A stretch of DNA of 63,662 nucleotides, counting the filler. It is 4 parts of 4 records of this genome, joined end to end, with 100 filler letters (N's around TTAATTAATTAA, not from the genome) between each part and the next. Parts side by side here need not be neighbours in the genome. Positions count along the whole stretch, not along the records: positions 1 to 14,498 come from SRR31156797_584; 3 more parts are not named here. One strand, written 5' to 3'. The notes under the pieces are model-generated. The model was not told the origin of the DNA, did not search any database, and saw only the letters and a program-made list of their open reading frames with translations. The translations under genes were made by a program, and so were the position numbers. The stretch's first letter is position 1. Each line of letters begins with the position of its first letter. Positions 1 to 9,296 of this stretch are shown here, in pieces.

Positions 1-345
1 AATGATACTTTTGGACATGATATTGGAGATGAGACACTTATCACTTTCGTAAAGACTCTACAAAAACATTCTCGTGGACGTGATAAACTGATCCTTTGGG
101 GTGGAGAAGAATTTATTATGATTTTATATGTGGATTCAAAAGAGGGGTTTGAAAAAGCTTTGGAGCATTATAGAACAGTCGTAGAGATTCAACAGTTTAA
201 AGAAGTACAGAATATAACATGCAGTATAGGAGGCTCTTTTTATATAAATGGTGAAAATATACAAGATACTATCAAAAGAGCAGATGAACAGCTTTATTTA
301 GCAAAAAAAAATGGTAGAAATCAAGTCAAAACAATTTATGGATAA
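1..345 (+). CDS. Diguanylate cyclase, GGDEF domain (5'-truncated by window edge)
   Basis: Frame 1 is open from base 1: NDTFGHDIGD...RGRDKLILWGGEEF...SIG...RADEQLYLAKKNGRN. GGEEF active site plus RxxD I-site. Confidence 0.93.
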   Translation, partial: NDTFGHDIGDETLITFVKTLQKHSRGRDKLILWGGEEFIMILYVDSKEGFEKALEHYRTVVEIQQFKEVQNITCSIGGSFYINGENIQDTIKRADEQLYLAKKNGRNQVKTIYG

Positions 346-348
346 ACA

Positions 349-750
349 ATGGAAAAATTAACAATCTTAGTAGTAGAGGATGATCCTATCAATATAGAAA
401 TAATCTCAGAGATCTTAAGTGATCAATATAATATAAAGATAGCTAAAGATGGGACAAGTGGGTATGAAGCGTATAAAAAATATTCCCCTTCAATTATAAT
501 ATCTGATATTAATATGCCAAATCAAGATGGAATAAAGATGGTAGAAAATATACGACAAACTGATCATAATACAAAGATTATCCTTACAACTGCTCACTCT
601 AACATGGACTATTTACTAAACTCTACCTCTTTAAAGCTTACAAAATATATCTATAAACCAATTGAAAAAGAGGTACTTCTATTAGCTATAGAAAAGGCAA
701 AGAGTGAGTTAGGTGAATATCAAGTGATCCATACTAAAAACCCTTCTTAA
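349..750 (+). CDS. Response regulator, receiver domain only
   Basis: VVEDD, ISDINMP, TAH and YIYKP receiver motifs; no output domain. Confidence 0.9.
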   Translation: MEKLTILVVEDDPINIEIISEILSDQYNIKIAKDGTSGYEAYKKYSPSIIISDINMPNQDGIKMVENIRQTDHNTKIILTTAHSNMDYLLNSTSLKLTKYIYKPIEKEVLLLAIEKAKSELGEYQVIHTKNPS

Positions 751-758
751 GTATTATT

Positions 759-1115
759 TTACTCCACTAAAAAATCTTGAAGATTTGTTTTCCCATAAGT
801 TATATTAGGATTTGAGAGTTTTATTGTATGGGCTATAAGTCCCATTAGTTTTTTGACACCATTTGTTTTTTCTGGATCAGTAAGTGGTAAAAGTCTAAGC
901 GTAACTGCATCACCTTTTGAAGAGAGTTGGATGAAAAAGTTTTGAGATTTTCCATTTTCTACTACTACACTTTCAAGCAAGGCAGAAGTTCCTTTTTCAT
1001 TAAGATACTTGTCTGTAACTTTTAAGATTCCATCCTCTACTTTTTCTACTAAAGTGTTTATAGTATCATAACACTCCTTTACATTGTTTGCTTTTTCTAA
1101 AACGATATGGGGCAT
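759..1115 (-). CDS. Hypothetical protein (118 aa)
   Basis: ORF with AAGGA RBS and protein-like composition; no recognised motif. Confidence 0.75.
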   Translation of the reverse strand: MPHIVLEKANNVKECYDTINTLVEKVEDGILKVTDKYLNEKGTSALLESVVVENGKSQNFFIQLSSKGDAVTLRLLPLTDPEKTNGVKKLMGLIAHTIKLSNPNITYGKTNLQDFLVE

Positions 1116-1177
1116 CTTTATTTTCCTTATAAAATTTTGATTATTTTACAAGCTAAGGGTGTTTTTTTGTAGGGAGT

Positions 1178-1366
1178 TTATGGCTTTTTATCTTTAATTG
1201 TTTGAGTTTTGGATCTTTTTATCTGATTAAGGTCTTTAAAAAAACACCCTTTTTTATACTCTTTTGAATTAAACTTTTGATCATGCTCTTGCATTAATTT
1301 TAAATCTTGTATTCGGACATTATATGTTTTTTTACATTGGTGGCAATATAGGGTTTCTGTACTCAT
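1178..1366 (-). CDS. Small hypothetical protein with CxxC (62 aa)
   Basis: Short ORF co-oriented with neighbours, YCHQCKK motif; weak RBS. Confidence 0.4.
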   Translation of the reverse strand: MSTETLYCHQCKKTYNVRIQDLKLMQEHDQKFNSKEYKKGCFFKDLNQIKRSKTQTIKDKKP

Positions 1367-1402
1367 AAAGAATACTATGCAAGTATTGTTCTTAATATCT
1401 TA

Positions 1403-1627
1403 TTAAGAACTTTTAGTTTTAGGAACAATATACGCAGTGGCAATATTAACTATCTCTAACATATGATTGTAGTTTAACAGCTCTTTATTAACCGTCTCTT
1501 TTATATCTTCCACACTTCCTTTGTTAGCAAAGAGGATAAGCTTATTATCTAAAGTGATAACTTCAAACCAACAGTCTATCCTTTTTTCTTCAACTTTTTT
1601 TATTATTCGTTTAACAATTTTATCCAT
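1403..1627 (-). CDS. Small hypothetical protein (74 aa)
   Basis: AAGGGAG RBS; starts 14 bp after the stop of the upstream regulator. Confidence 0.6.
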   Translation of the reverse strand: MDKIVKRIIKKVEEKRIDCWFEVITLDNKLILFANKGSVEDIKETVNKELLNYNHMLEIVNIATAYIVPKTKSS

Positions 1628-1641
1628 CTACTCCCTTTATT

Positions 1642-2310
1642 TTAAAAAAACATATACCCTTGACCATTGATTGTTTGAATATAGTCTTGACCTGTATATT
1701 TCATAAGTTTTTCTCGCAATCTTTGAATTGAGACATTGACTGTTTTATGCTGTATATTTGAGTTGTCATTCCAAACATTTTTTATTAAAGTATTTCTTGA
1801 TAAAAGTGTTTCTTTATTTTTGAGAAATTCTAAAAAGAGCATTTTCTCAAGTTTTGTAAAGTCAATCATTTTATTATCAATATAAAAACAATTATTCTCT
1901 GAAAAATAAGTTATCTCTTTATGCCTTATTATTTCATAGTTATGATAGTATCTTCTAAAAAGGTTTTTTACTCTAGCAAGAAATATTTTAAAATTGCATT
2001 GGGATGTTATGCAGTCATCAGCCCCTTCTTTAAATGCTTTTAAAATAAGATTTTCATTGTAGTGTTTATATAAAGCAATAATGGGAAAATTGCAAGAGAT
2101 GTTTCGAAGTGAACTAATAAATTCACTTTTTTCAAATTCTAAAAATGATCCATCTATAATACTTAGTATCATGTTTTCTTCATTGATTGTTGATTCGATT
2201 ACAGATGGTTTTTGAGTAGTTATAACATTATAGTTTGCATCACTCAATTTATTTTTAATTGAGTCGACAAATGTTTTATCACGACTTATGATTAAAATTG
2301 TTTGTTTCAT
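1642..2310 (-). CDS. OmpR-family response regulator with atypical receiver
   Basis: Receiver-like N-terminus (AFKEGADDC) and C-terminal winged helix (LSRNTLIKNVW...TVNVSIQRLREKL...IQTINGQGY). Confidence 0.88.
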   Translation of the reverse strand: MKQTILIISRDKTFVDSIKNKLSDANYNVITTQKPSVIESTINEENMILSIIDGSFLEFEKSEFISSLRNISCNFPIIALYKHYNENLILKAFKEGADDCITSQCNFKIFLARVKNLFRRYYHNYEIIRHKEITYFSENNCFYIDNKMIDFTKLEKMLFLEFLKNKETLLSRNTLIKNVWNDNSNIQHKTVNVSIQRLREKLMKYTGQDYIQTINGQGYMFF

Positions 2311-2431
2311 ATTTCCCTAAATAAAAATTATGCTTTTTTAAAAAAGTGATTATAAGTAAAAGCTTATTGATAATATCTTATAATTTTATGTAAAAAAACG
2401 TCAAAAAGTTATTTCTAGGTATGTAGGTAGG

Positions 2432-3139
2432 ATGAAAGAGTTTAAAGCAGATTATATTTCAGATAACTATTTACATTCATATCTTGATATAACTAATAAA
2501 ACAAAAGAGGAGTTTCATATTCTTCCTGATGGAGCAGATTATATTGTTTTTAGCTCTAACAATTATATTCAAATAATTGAAAAAGTAAAAACTTTAAAAG
2601 TGCTACAAGTCAAAGATGAAGAACTATTTATATTAAGATTAAAGCCTTATACACTCTATTTACTTCACAAATATAATTCAAATTTTCAAGAGCAACTGCA
2701 TACTTTAATCCCTTTACTATTTGATACTTACTCTATAGTGAAAAAGAAAAACTACATAAATGAACAACTTTTTTCAGGGCGAAGTTTTTATAAAGATATC
2801 TATATGGAATTACTTTTTGTAGATAAAGTGATACAATTAAAAGGAAACATAACCCTCAACCAATTAACTACTGAGTTTGATATTCCAATTAGAACCTTAC
2901 AAAGGAAATTTAAAAAGACAACAAACCTTACTCCAAAAGAGTATATAAATATTATCAAGTTCCAATCAATAATAACAAAGATTGAAATTATCAAACATTA
3001 TAGATTTAAAAAAGTTCCTGAAATTTATACAGATTACTCCCATTTTTTCAAAGAGTTTAAAAAATATACCACATTTAGTCCTAGAGAGTTTTATAAGGTG
3101 GAGCTAAATCATATTCGACCGATTTTTGATATATATTAA
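2432..3139 (+). CDS. AraC-family transcriptional regulator
   Basis: ILPDG N-terminal motif; IRTLQRKFKKTTNLTPKEY and YTDYSHFFKEFKKYTTFSP double HTH. Confidence 0.85.
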   Translation: MKEFKADYISDNYLHSYLDITNKTKEEFHILPDGADYIVFSSNNYIQIIEKVKTLKVLQVKDEELFILRLKPYTLYLLHKYNSNFQEQLHTLIPLLFDTYSIVKKKNYINEQLFSGRSFYKDIYMELLFVDKVIQLKGNITLNQLTTEFDIPIRTLQRKFKKTTNLTPKEYINIIKFQSIITKIEIIKHYRFKKVPEIYTDYSHFFKEFKKYTTFSPREFYKVELNHIRPIFDIY

Positions 3140-3537
3140 GTTTTAAATGTTTAGAAAAAGATATGTTTAATTTTTCTTTTTACTCTCAAAAATAAGAGGA
3201 ATTATAAAAAGCTTATACCATAGAGTATATATCTCCTGAATCTCACAAGGATAAAATGTAAAAAAACGACACTAATAATTTTCTTAGTAAAAAATATGTT
3301 TATTTTTGTATTACTATTAAAAGAAATGTGATTAGAAATGAAACACAACAGATAAAAAATGAATAAAGTTTTTTTATAGTATTTTTTATGCTTAGTAAGA
3401 GGTGAATAAAATCTATACAAAAAACACTTTTATATTATCGATTTAAATGGTACACTCAAACAGAGCCAATTTTTATCTTTTTTGATTTAACACTTAATTA
3501 ATATTTTCTGTAGCTCATTTCACAAGGAGCAGCAAAC

Positions 3538-4746
3538 ATGAATGCACAACATATAAAAGAGGCTTTAGAAAAAGCCTACTCATTACAAAAATCTGGATCA
3601 ATCACACAAGCCAAAGAGATCTGTGAAGATATTTTAGAAGAAGAGGAGAAGAGTTTTGATACTCATAATCTTCTAGGTCTTTGTCAATATCAATTAGAAG
3701 AGTTTGATAGCTCTATTATCTCAATACAAAGAGCAATTGAATTGAACCCAAATGAGCTGACTAGTGATAGCTATTTTAAGTTAGGGGATTGTTATAAACA
3801 CAATAGTGATTCTAAAAATGCACTTATTTATTTTAAAAAAGCAGTCAAAGGAAATCATAATTGTCATTTATGTTATCACAATATTGCAGATAGCTATAAC
3901 AAACTCAATAAGTTTGAGCTTTGTATTTTTAATTTGCAAAAAGCGATAAAACTTTGTCCTGATTCTTCTGACTCTCTTTTTCTAATGGCACAATGTTATA
4001 GAAAAATGAAAAATGAAAAGAAAATGCTTGAATATCTCAATAAAACATTAGAAAAACTACCAGAACACCCTGGAGCAAATCATTTCTTAGCTTCACTCAA
4101 TAAAGAGACAAGTAGCAAATATTCTTCTGAGTATGCTGAAGATCTTTTTGATCGTTATGCAGATCATTTTGAAGAGCATTTGATAAGTTCATTGAAATAT
4201 CAAGTACCTTCTATTATAAAACAAAAGTTACAACATTTAAATCCTCCAAGAGATTCTGAGATTTTAGATCTTGGGTGTGGTACTGGACTAGTTGGAAAAA
4301 CTCTCGTCGAGCAGTTTCCCCATTTAGATGGTGTTGATATCTCTACAAATATGATAGAAGAAACAAGAAAAAAAGATATTTATAGTGCACTTCATATAAG
4401 TGATATTAATGATTTTCTTTTTCAAAATATAAAAGAATTTGATCTTATTTTAGCGGCAGATGTTTTTATATATATTGGAGATATTCAAACTATTTTTTCT
4501 AGTGTAAGAAAGTGTCTTAATAGTAATGGTTATTTCATATTTACTATTGAGCTCTCTTCTGAGATAGATACTGAAGATTTCCAATTGGCAAAATGTGGAA
4601 GGTTTTCTCATACTATAGAGTATGTGGAGCATTTATGTAAGGAAACTGGGTTTGAGCTTGTGGAGAAAGAGGAGATTATATTAAGAGAAGAGAATAGAAC
4701 TGGTCAAAAAGGGGTTATTTTCACCCTAAGAACTTCTTTAGAGTAA
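3538..4746 (+). CDS. TPR-repeat class I SAM-dependent methyltransferase
   Basis: N-terminal TPRs; LFDRYADHFE, ILDLGCGTG, GVDIS and DLILAADVFIYIGD motifs; AAGGAG RBS. Confidence 0.9.
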   Translation: MNAQHIKEALEKAYSLQKSGSITQAKEICEDILEEEEKSFDTHNLLGLCQYQLEEFDSSIISIQRAIELNPNELTSDSYFKLGDCYKHNSDSKNALIYFKKAVKGNHNCHLCYHNIADSYNKLNKFELCIFNLQKAIKLCPDSSDSLFLMAQCYRKMKNEKKMLEYLNKTLEKLPEHPGANHFLASLNKETSSKYSSEYAEDLFDRYADHFEEHLISSLKYQVPSIIKQKLQHLNPPRDSEILDLGCGTGLVGKTLVEQFPHLDGVDISTNMIEETRKKDIYSALHISDINDFLFQNIKEFDLILAADVFIYIGDIQTIFSSVRKCLNSNGYFIFTIELSSEIDTEDFQLAKCGRFSHTIEYVEHLCKETGFELVEKEEIILREENRTGQKGVIFTLRTSLE

Positions 4747-4922
4747 GCATCTAGAAAATAACAATTATGGAGTTCATCAAAATATTTTAGAATATAACTA
4801 AAAAACAATCTGATATAATATTCAAAAATAAGAAATATATGATTTAATAATATTTATGGGCTTGTTTGTGGATAGATAAAAAAATACTATTCAAAAAGAG
4901 TTTTTATAAATAAAGAGGAAAT

Positions 4923-5300
4923 TTGGTGAAGATAAGAATATATTACGAAGATACAGACGCAGGCGGAATAGTATACCACTCCAATTATCTCAATTTTTGT
5001 GAAAGAGCAAGAAGCGAATTTTTTTTTCAAAAAGGGATGTTACCAGTTATTGAAGATCGACATTTTGTGGTGAGAAAATTAAGTTGTGACTTTTTACAAA
5101 GCGCAAAATTTGGAGATGAGATAGAAGTCACTACAAAACTGATTCAAATGAAAAAAGCATCTTTTACAATTTATCATGAAATATTAAAAGATGATAAAGT
5201 TTTATTTAGCTCAGAAGTGCTTTTAGTTTTGGTAAAAGAAGCAAAACCACAAAAGTTAACCCAATCTATCCAAAATAGTTTACGATCTTTATTTGCCTAA
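4923..5300 (+). CDS. ybgC: YbgC/FadM-family acyl-CoA thioesterase
   Basis: RIYYEDTDAGGIVYHSNYLNFCERAR hot-dog thioesterase signature. Start is TTG 4923 or GTG 4926. Confidence 0.92.
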   Translation: MVKIRIYYEDTDAGGIVYHSNYLNFCERARSEFFFQKGMLPVIEDRHFVVRKLSCDFLQSAKFGDEIEVTTKLIQMKKASFTIYHEILKDDKVLFSSEVLLVLVKEAKPQKLTQSIQNSLRSLFA

Positions 5301-5366
5301 ACAAATTTTTTAGCAACTTTTTGCTAAAATCAAGACAATTTAGAATTTTTACAAAGTGGGAAAATA

Positions 5367-6401
5367 ATGGTTGTCAATATAACTTTACCAGATACATCAT
5401 ACGATATTACGATAGAACAATTACCAAAAATAACAATAGATAAAAAAGTTGTTATTGTCACCAATCCCACGATCGCAGATCTTCACCTAGAGTATCTTTT
5501 AGAAAAAATCGAAGCAAAAAGTTTAAGTGTAATAAAGATCCCTGATGGGGAACAATATAAGACTTTAAAAACTATTGAAGATATTTTAGAGCATTGTTTT
5601 GAGAATAAGTTAAACAGAAGCTCTGTACTTATCGCTTTTGGTGGTGGTGTAATTGGTGATATGACAGGGTTTGCTGCTAGTATTTACCAAAGAGGGATAG
5701 AGTTTATTCAGGTTCCTACTACACTTCTTTCACAAGTAGATGCAAGTGTTGGTGGGAAAACAGGGATCAATAATAAATACGGTAAAAACCTTGTAGGAGC
5801 TTTTCATCAGCCACGTCATGTATATATTGATCCACATTTTTTAACAACTCTTCCAAAAAGAGAGTTTGGGGCAGGAGTTGCTGAGATTATTAAGATGGCA
5901 GTTTGTTTTGATCAAGAATTTTTTGAGTGGATCGAACAAAATGATCTTAATAGTGATGAATCTATTAAAACAGCTATTGCTAAATCAGTTCAGACAAAAG
6001 CATGGGTAGTATCTCAAGATGAGAAAGAAAAAGGTTTAAGAGCTGCACTCAATTATGGACATACTTTTGGACATGTGATAGAGAATGAAACAAACTATAA
6101 TACGTATCTTCATGGAGAAGCAGTAGGTATTGGGATCTGTATGGCAAATGCACTATCCGTCAGACTTGGGTTGATGAGTGAAGATCAAGCAAAAAGAATA
6201 AAAAGGCAACTTCAAAAATATAATATCCCTACAACATATACTATAAAAGATGTTGAGGATTTTTATGATCACTTTTTCTTAGATAAAAAATCGCTTGATA
6301 ATAAAATAAAATTTATTTTAGCAGTTGGACTAGGGGATTGTAAGATCACAGATGAAGTATCTAAAGATGATGTTATAACTATTTTAAAAGGGTTTGAATG
6401 A
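5367..6401 (+). CDS. aroB: 3-dehydroquinate synthase
   Basis: GGGVIGDMTGFAA, PTTLLSQVDASVGGKTG and LNYGHTFGH motifs. Confidence 0.97.
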   Translation: MVVNITLPDTSYDITIEQLPKITIDKKVVIVTNPTIADLHLEYLLEKIEAKSLSVIKIPDGEQYKTLKTIEDILEHCFENKLNRSSVLIAFGGGVIGDMTGFAASIYQRGIEFIQVPTTLLSQVDASVGGKTGINNKYGKNLVGAFHQPRHVYIDPHFLTTLPKREFGAGVAEIIKMAVCFDQEFFEWIEQNDLNSDESIKTAIAKSVQTKAWVVSQDEKEKGLRAALNYGHTFGHVIENETNYNTYLHGEAVGIGICMANALSVRLGLMSEDQAKRIKRQLQKYNIPTTYTIKDVEDFYDHFFLDKKSLDNKIKFILAVGLGDCKITDEVSKDDVITILKGFE

Positions 6402-8035
6402 TTCGTTTACTTGTTTCTGTTTTTCTTATTTTCATAATATCTTTAAATGCACAAGAGAATACAAGTGAGCAAGATACAAAACTTGTTTCAGAAGAAGCTG
6501 CAAAACTTACAAACCTAAAACTTGAAGTTGCACAAATAGATGAAGAATTGTCAAAAAATATTTGGATCACAAGATATAATAATTATCTCACGTATAGAAA
6601 AATAGAAAAAGAGCTTACTCAGATCAAAAAAGATGCAAAAAAGTATGAAAGATGGAAAGAAGAGAAATATAAAGAGCTCTCTTACCAACTCTATAATAAG
6701 ATCAAGATCAAAGAAAATGAGCTAGAGCTTATTAGTGAATATAAAGATTCACCTATTGGAAAGCAAATTGCACCTACTCCTATAGGAACTGTTCCTGCTG
6801 TAACAAACCCAATTGCTATTATTGAAGCGATGTCATATATACAGCAGCTAGATGAAAATGTAGACAATTATAAACAAGTAAAAAATGAATTGCAAACTGT
6901 ACTTACAAAATTAGAAAATAAAAGAATATTATTAAAACAGATATATGATATTGATAAAGATAAAAACATCCTTGAAGAGCGTGAAAAGATCAATAAAGAG
7001 GTAAAAGACTTTACTATGGTTTTAGATATTGTTGCAACAACTGATGAAGTATACACAAAAAAAGTGCAACAGATTACCCAAGAGATCCATAATTCTATTA
7101 CCGAAGAGGGCTGGAGAACATCACGATTAGCACTTATTATTCTGATTCTTTTTGCTATAGCAATGGGAGTCAAAAAAGCTTTTAAAGAGTATATAGATGA
7201 TGATGATAAAAACTATTCTACAAATAAGTTTATCAATTTTGTTTTTATCGTTTTAGTAGTTTTTATCCTCTTATTTTCTTATATTGATAATGTTTCATAC
7301 CTTGTAACTATCCTAGGGTTTGCATCAGCTGGTATTGCTATTGCTTTAAAAGATTGGTTTATGTCTATTTTTGGATGGATGGCTATTATGACAAGTGGAG
7401 TGATCTCTGTTGGTGATAGGATAAAAGTGACACGAGACAAGATCGAAGTGGTTGGGGATGTACTTGATATTTCACTTTTTAAAATAGCAATTAGAGAAGA
7501 TATTACTCTAACAACTTATAAGACTAATAGAAGAGCTGGAAGGGTATTTTTTATCCCAAATAATTATATTTTTACAGATATGATCTCAAACTATACCTAT
7601 GATCAGCTTCGAACAGTTTGGGATGGTATTGATATCTATATCACTTTTGATTCAAATCATCAAAGAGCGATTGAGCTTGCAAAGTCTATTTTACAAACAC
7701 ATGCAAAAGGGTATACAGATCTTACAAAAAAACGTCTTCAAAAGATGAGAAAAAAATATATTCTAAGAAGTGCTAATCCTGAGCCTAGAGTATTTTCTTT
7801 TATAGAACCATATGGAATAGTAGTATCATCTTGGTATTATACAAATTCTCATGCAACATTGGCTTTAAGAAGTACTATAAGTATGGAGATCCTTGAAGCT
7901 TTTAAAGCTGCTGATGATATCACGATAGCTTACCCTACTCAAACACTTCGAGTGGCAAGTCACAACATTGAACCAGAGATGTTATTACCAGGAACTGCAG
8001 CTTCAGGGCTTTTTGATGGACCTGCAAACGGTTAA
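6398..8035 (+). CDS. MscS-family mechanosensitive channel with large periplasmic N-terminus
   Basis: Signal peptide, coiled region, TM helices, LGFASAGIAIALKD and VGDRI; conserved position after aroB in Campylobacterota. Confidence 0.9.
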   Translation: MIRLLVSVFLIFIISLNAQENTSEQDTKLVSEEAAKLTNLKLEVAQIDEELSKNIWITRYNNYLTYRKIEKELTQIKKDAKKYERWKEEKYKELSYQLYNKIKIKENELELISEYKDSPIGKQIAPTPIGTVPAVTNPIAIIEAMSYIQQLDENVDNYKQVKNELQTVLTKLENKRILLKQIYDIDKDKNILEEREKINKEVKDFTMVLDIVATTDEVYTKKVQQITQEIHNSITEEGWRTSRLALIILILFAIAMGVKKAFKEYIDDDDKNYSTNKFINFVFIVLVVFILLFSYIDNVSYLVTILGFASAGIAIALKDWFMSIFGWMAIMTSGVISVGDRIKVTRDKIEVVGDVLDISLFKIAIREDITLTTYKTNRRAGRVFFIPNNYIFTDMISNYTYDQLRTVWDGIDIYITFDSNHQRAIELAKSILQTHAKGYTDLTKKRLQKMRKKYILRSANPEPRVFSFIEPYGIVVSSWYYTNSHATLALRSTISMEILEAFKAADDITIAYPTQTLRVASHNIEPEMLLPGTAASGLFDGPANG

Positions 8036-8036
8036 A

Positions 8037-9296
8037 ATGAAAAAAGTTTTTTTTAAAACCTTTGGGTGTCGAACCAATATTTTCGATACCCAAATCATGA
8101 TGAATAATCTTCAAGATTTTGAAATTGTAGATAATGAATCTAAATCAGATATTGTAGTGATCAATTCATGCACCGTAACCAATTCAGCAGATTCTACTGC
8201 AAGAAACTATATTAATAGTTTAAAAAAACTTGCCCATCCTCCTAGAGTGATATTTACAGGGTGTGGAGTATGGACAAAAGGGGAAAACCTCTTTGAAACA
8301 AAAAAGATCGATGCACTTTTTGGACATAGTGAAAAAGAGAAGATCAATACACTATTAAAAGATGAAAGTAGATTTTTCCAAGCGGGTGATCTAGATCATA
8401 TTGATGATACTATTATTGAAAAGATGATAGGCAAAAGCAGGGCTTTTGTAAAGATCCAAGAGGGGTGTGATTTTAGATGTAGTTATTGTATTATTCCATA
8501 TGTAAGGGGAAACTCAAGAAGTTATGATGAGCATAAGATTTTACAGCAGATCACTACATTAGCGATTAATGGTTTTGGTGAATTTATCTTAACTGGAATC
8601 AATGTAGGCTCATATGGGAAAGAGCAAGGAAGTAAAAATAAAAAAGATAAACTAGCTCAGCTTCTAAAAAAGATTTCTCTTATAAGAGGAGTTCGAAGGG
8701 TGAGATTAGGAAGTATAGAACCTATTCAGATAACTGATGAGTTTAAAGAGCTTTTAGATGAGCCTTGGATGGGAAAACACCTGCATATAGCATTGCAACA
8801 TACCAATAAAGAGATGCTAAAACTCATGAATAGAAGAAATCAAGTTGATAAAGATTTGGAGTTATTTAACTTTTTAGCGAATAAAGGATATGCATTAGGA
8901 ACTGATTTTATTGTTGGACATCCTGGAGAGAGTGAAGATATCTGGAAGGATGCAATACAAAATATAGAAAAATTCCCATTAACACATTGTCATACTTTTA
9001 CATATTCAAAAAGAGATGGAACTCCAAGTAGCACCATGAAGCCAGAGGTAAATGGTGGTATTGCAAAGCAACGATTAAAAGAGTTAGAAGCTATTATAAA
9101 AGAAAAAAACTACCAATTTAGAAAAAAGCAAAAGAGATTAGATATACTTATTGAGAGTGTAAAAGAGAATAGATATACTGGATATGATCAGTTTTTTAAT
9201 CTCAATGAGATAATGAGTAATGAAGATTTAGTAGGAGATTGGATAGAGACATCTTCTTATGAAGTACAAAAGGATCATAATGTTTCAAAATTTTAA
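8037..9296 (+). CDS. mtaB: tRNA t6A37 methylthiotransferase MtaB
   Basis: TFGCRTN, INSCTVT and the radical-SAM motif KIQEGCDFRCSYC. Start placed at ATG 8037 (8016 possible). Confidence 0.93.
   Translation: MKKVFFKTFGCRTNIFDTQIMMNNLQDFEIVDNESKSDIVVINSCTVTNSADSTARNYINSLKKLAHPPRVIFTGCGVWTKGENLFETKKIDALFGHSEKEKINTLLKDESRFFQAGDLDHIDDTIIEKMIGKSRAFVKIQEGCDFRCSYCIIPYVRGNSRSYDEHKILQQITTLAINGFGEFILTGINVGSYGKEQGSKNKKDKLAQLLKKISLIRGVRRVRLGSIEPIQITDEFKELLDEPWMGKHLHIALQHTNKEMLKLMNRRNQVDKDLELFNFLANKGYALGTDFIVGHPGESEDIWKDAIQNIEKFPLTHCHTFTYSKRDGTPSSTMKPEVNGGIAKQRLKELEAIIKEKNYQFRKKQKRLDILIESVKENRYTGYDQFFNLNEIMSNEDLVGDWIETSSYEVQKDHNVSKF

Noticed and set aside
3202-3420. 72-aa minus-strand ORF
   Set aside because: F/I/K/Y-rich translation of AT-rich intergenic DNA; no RBS or motif.
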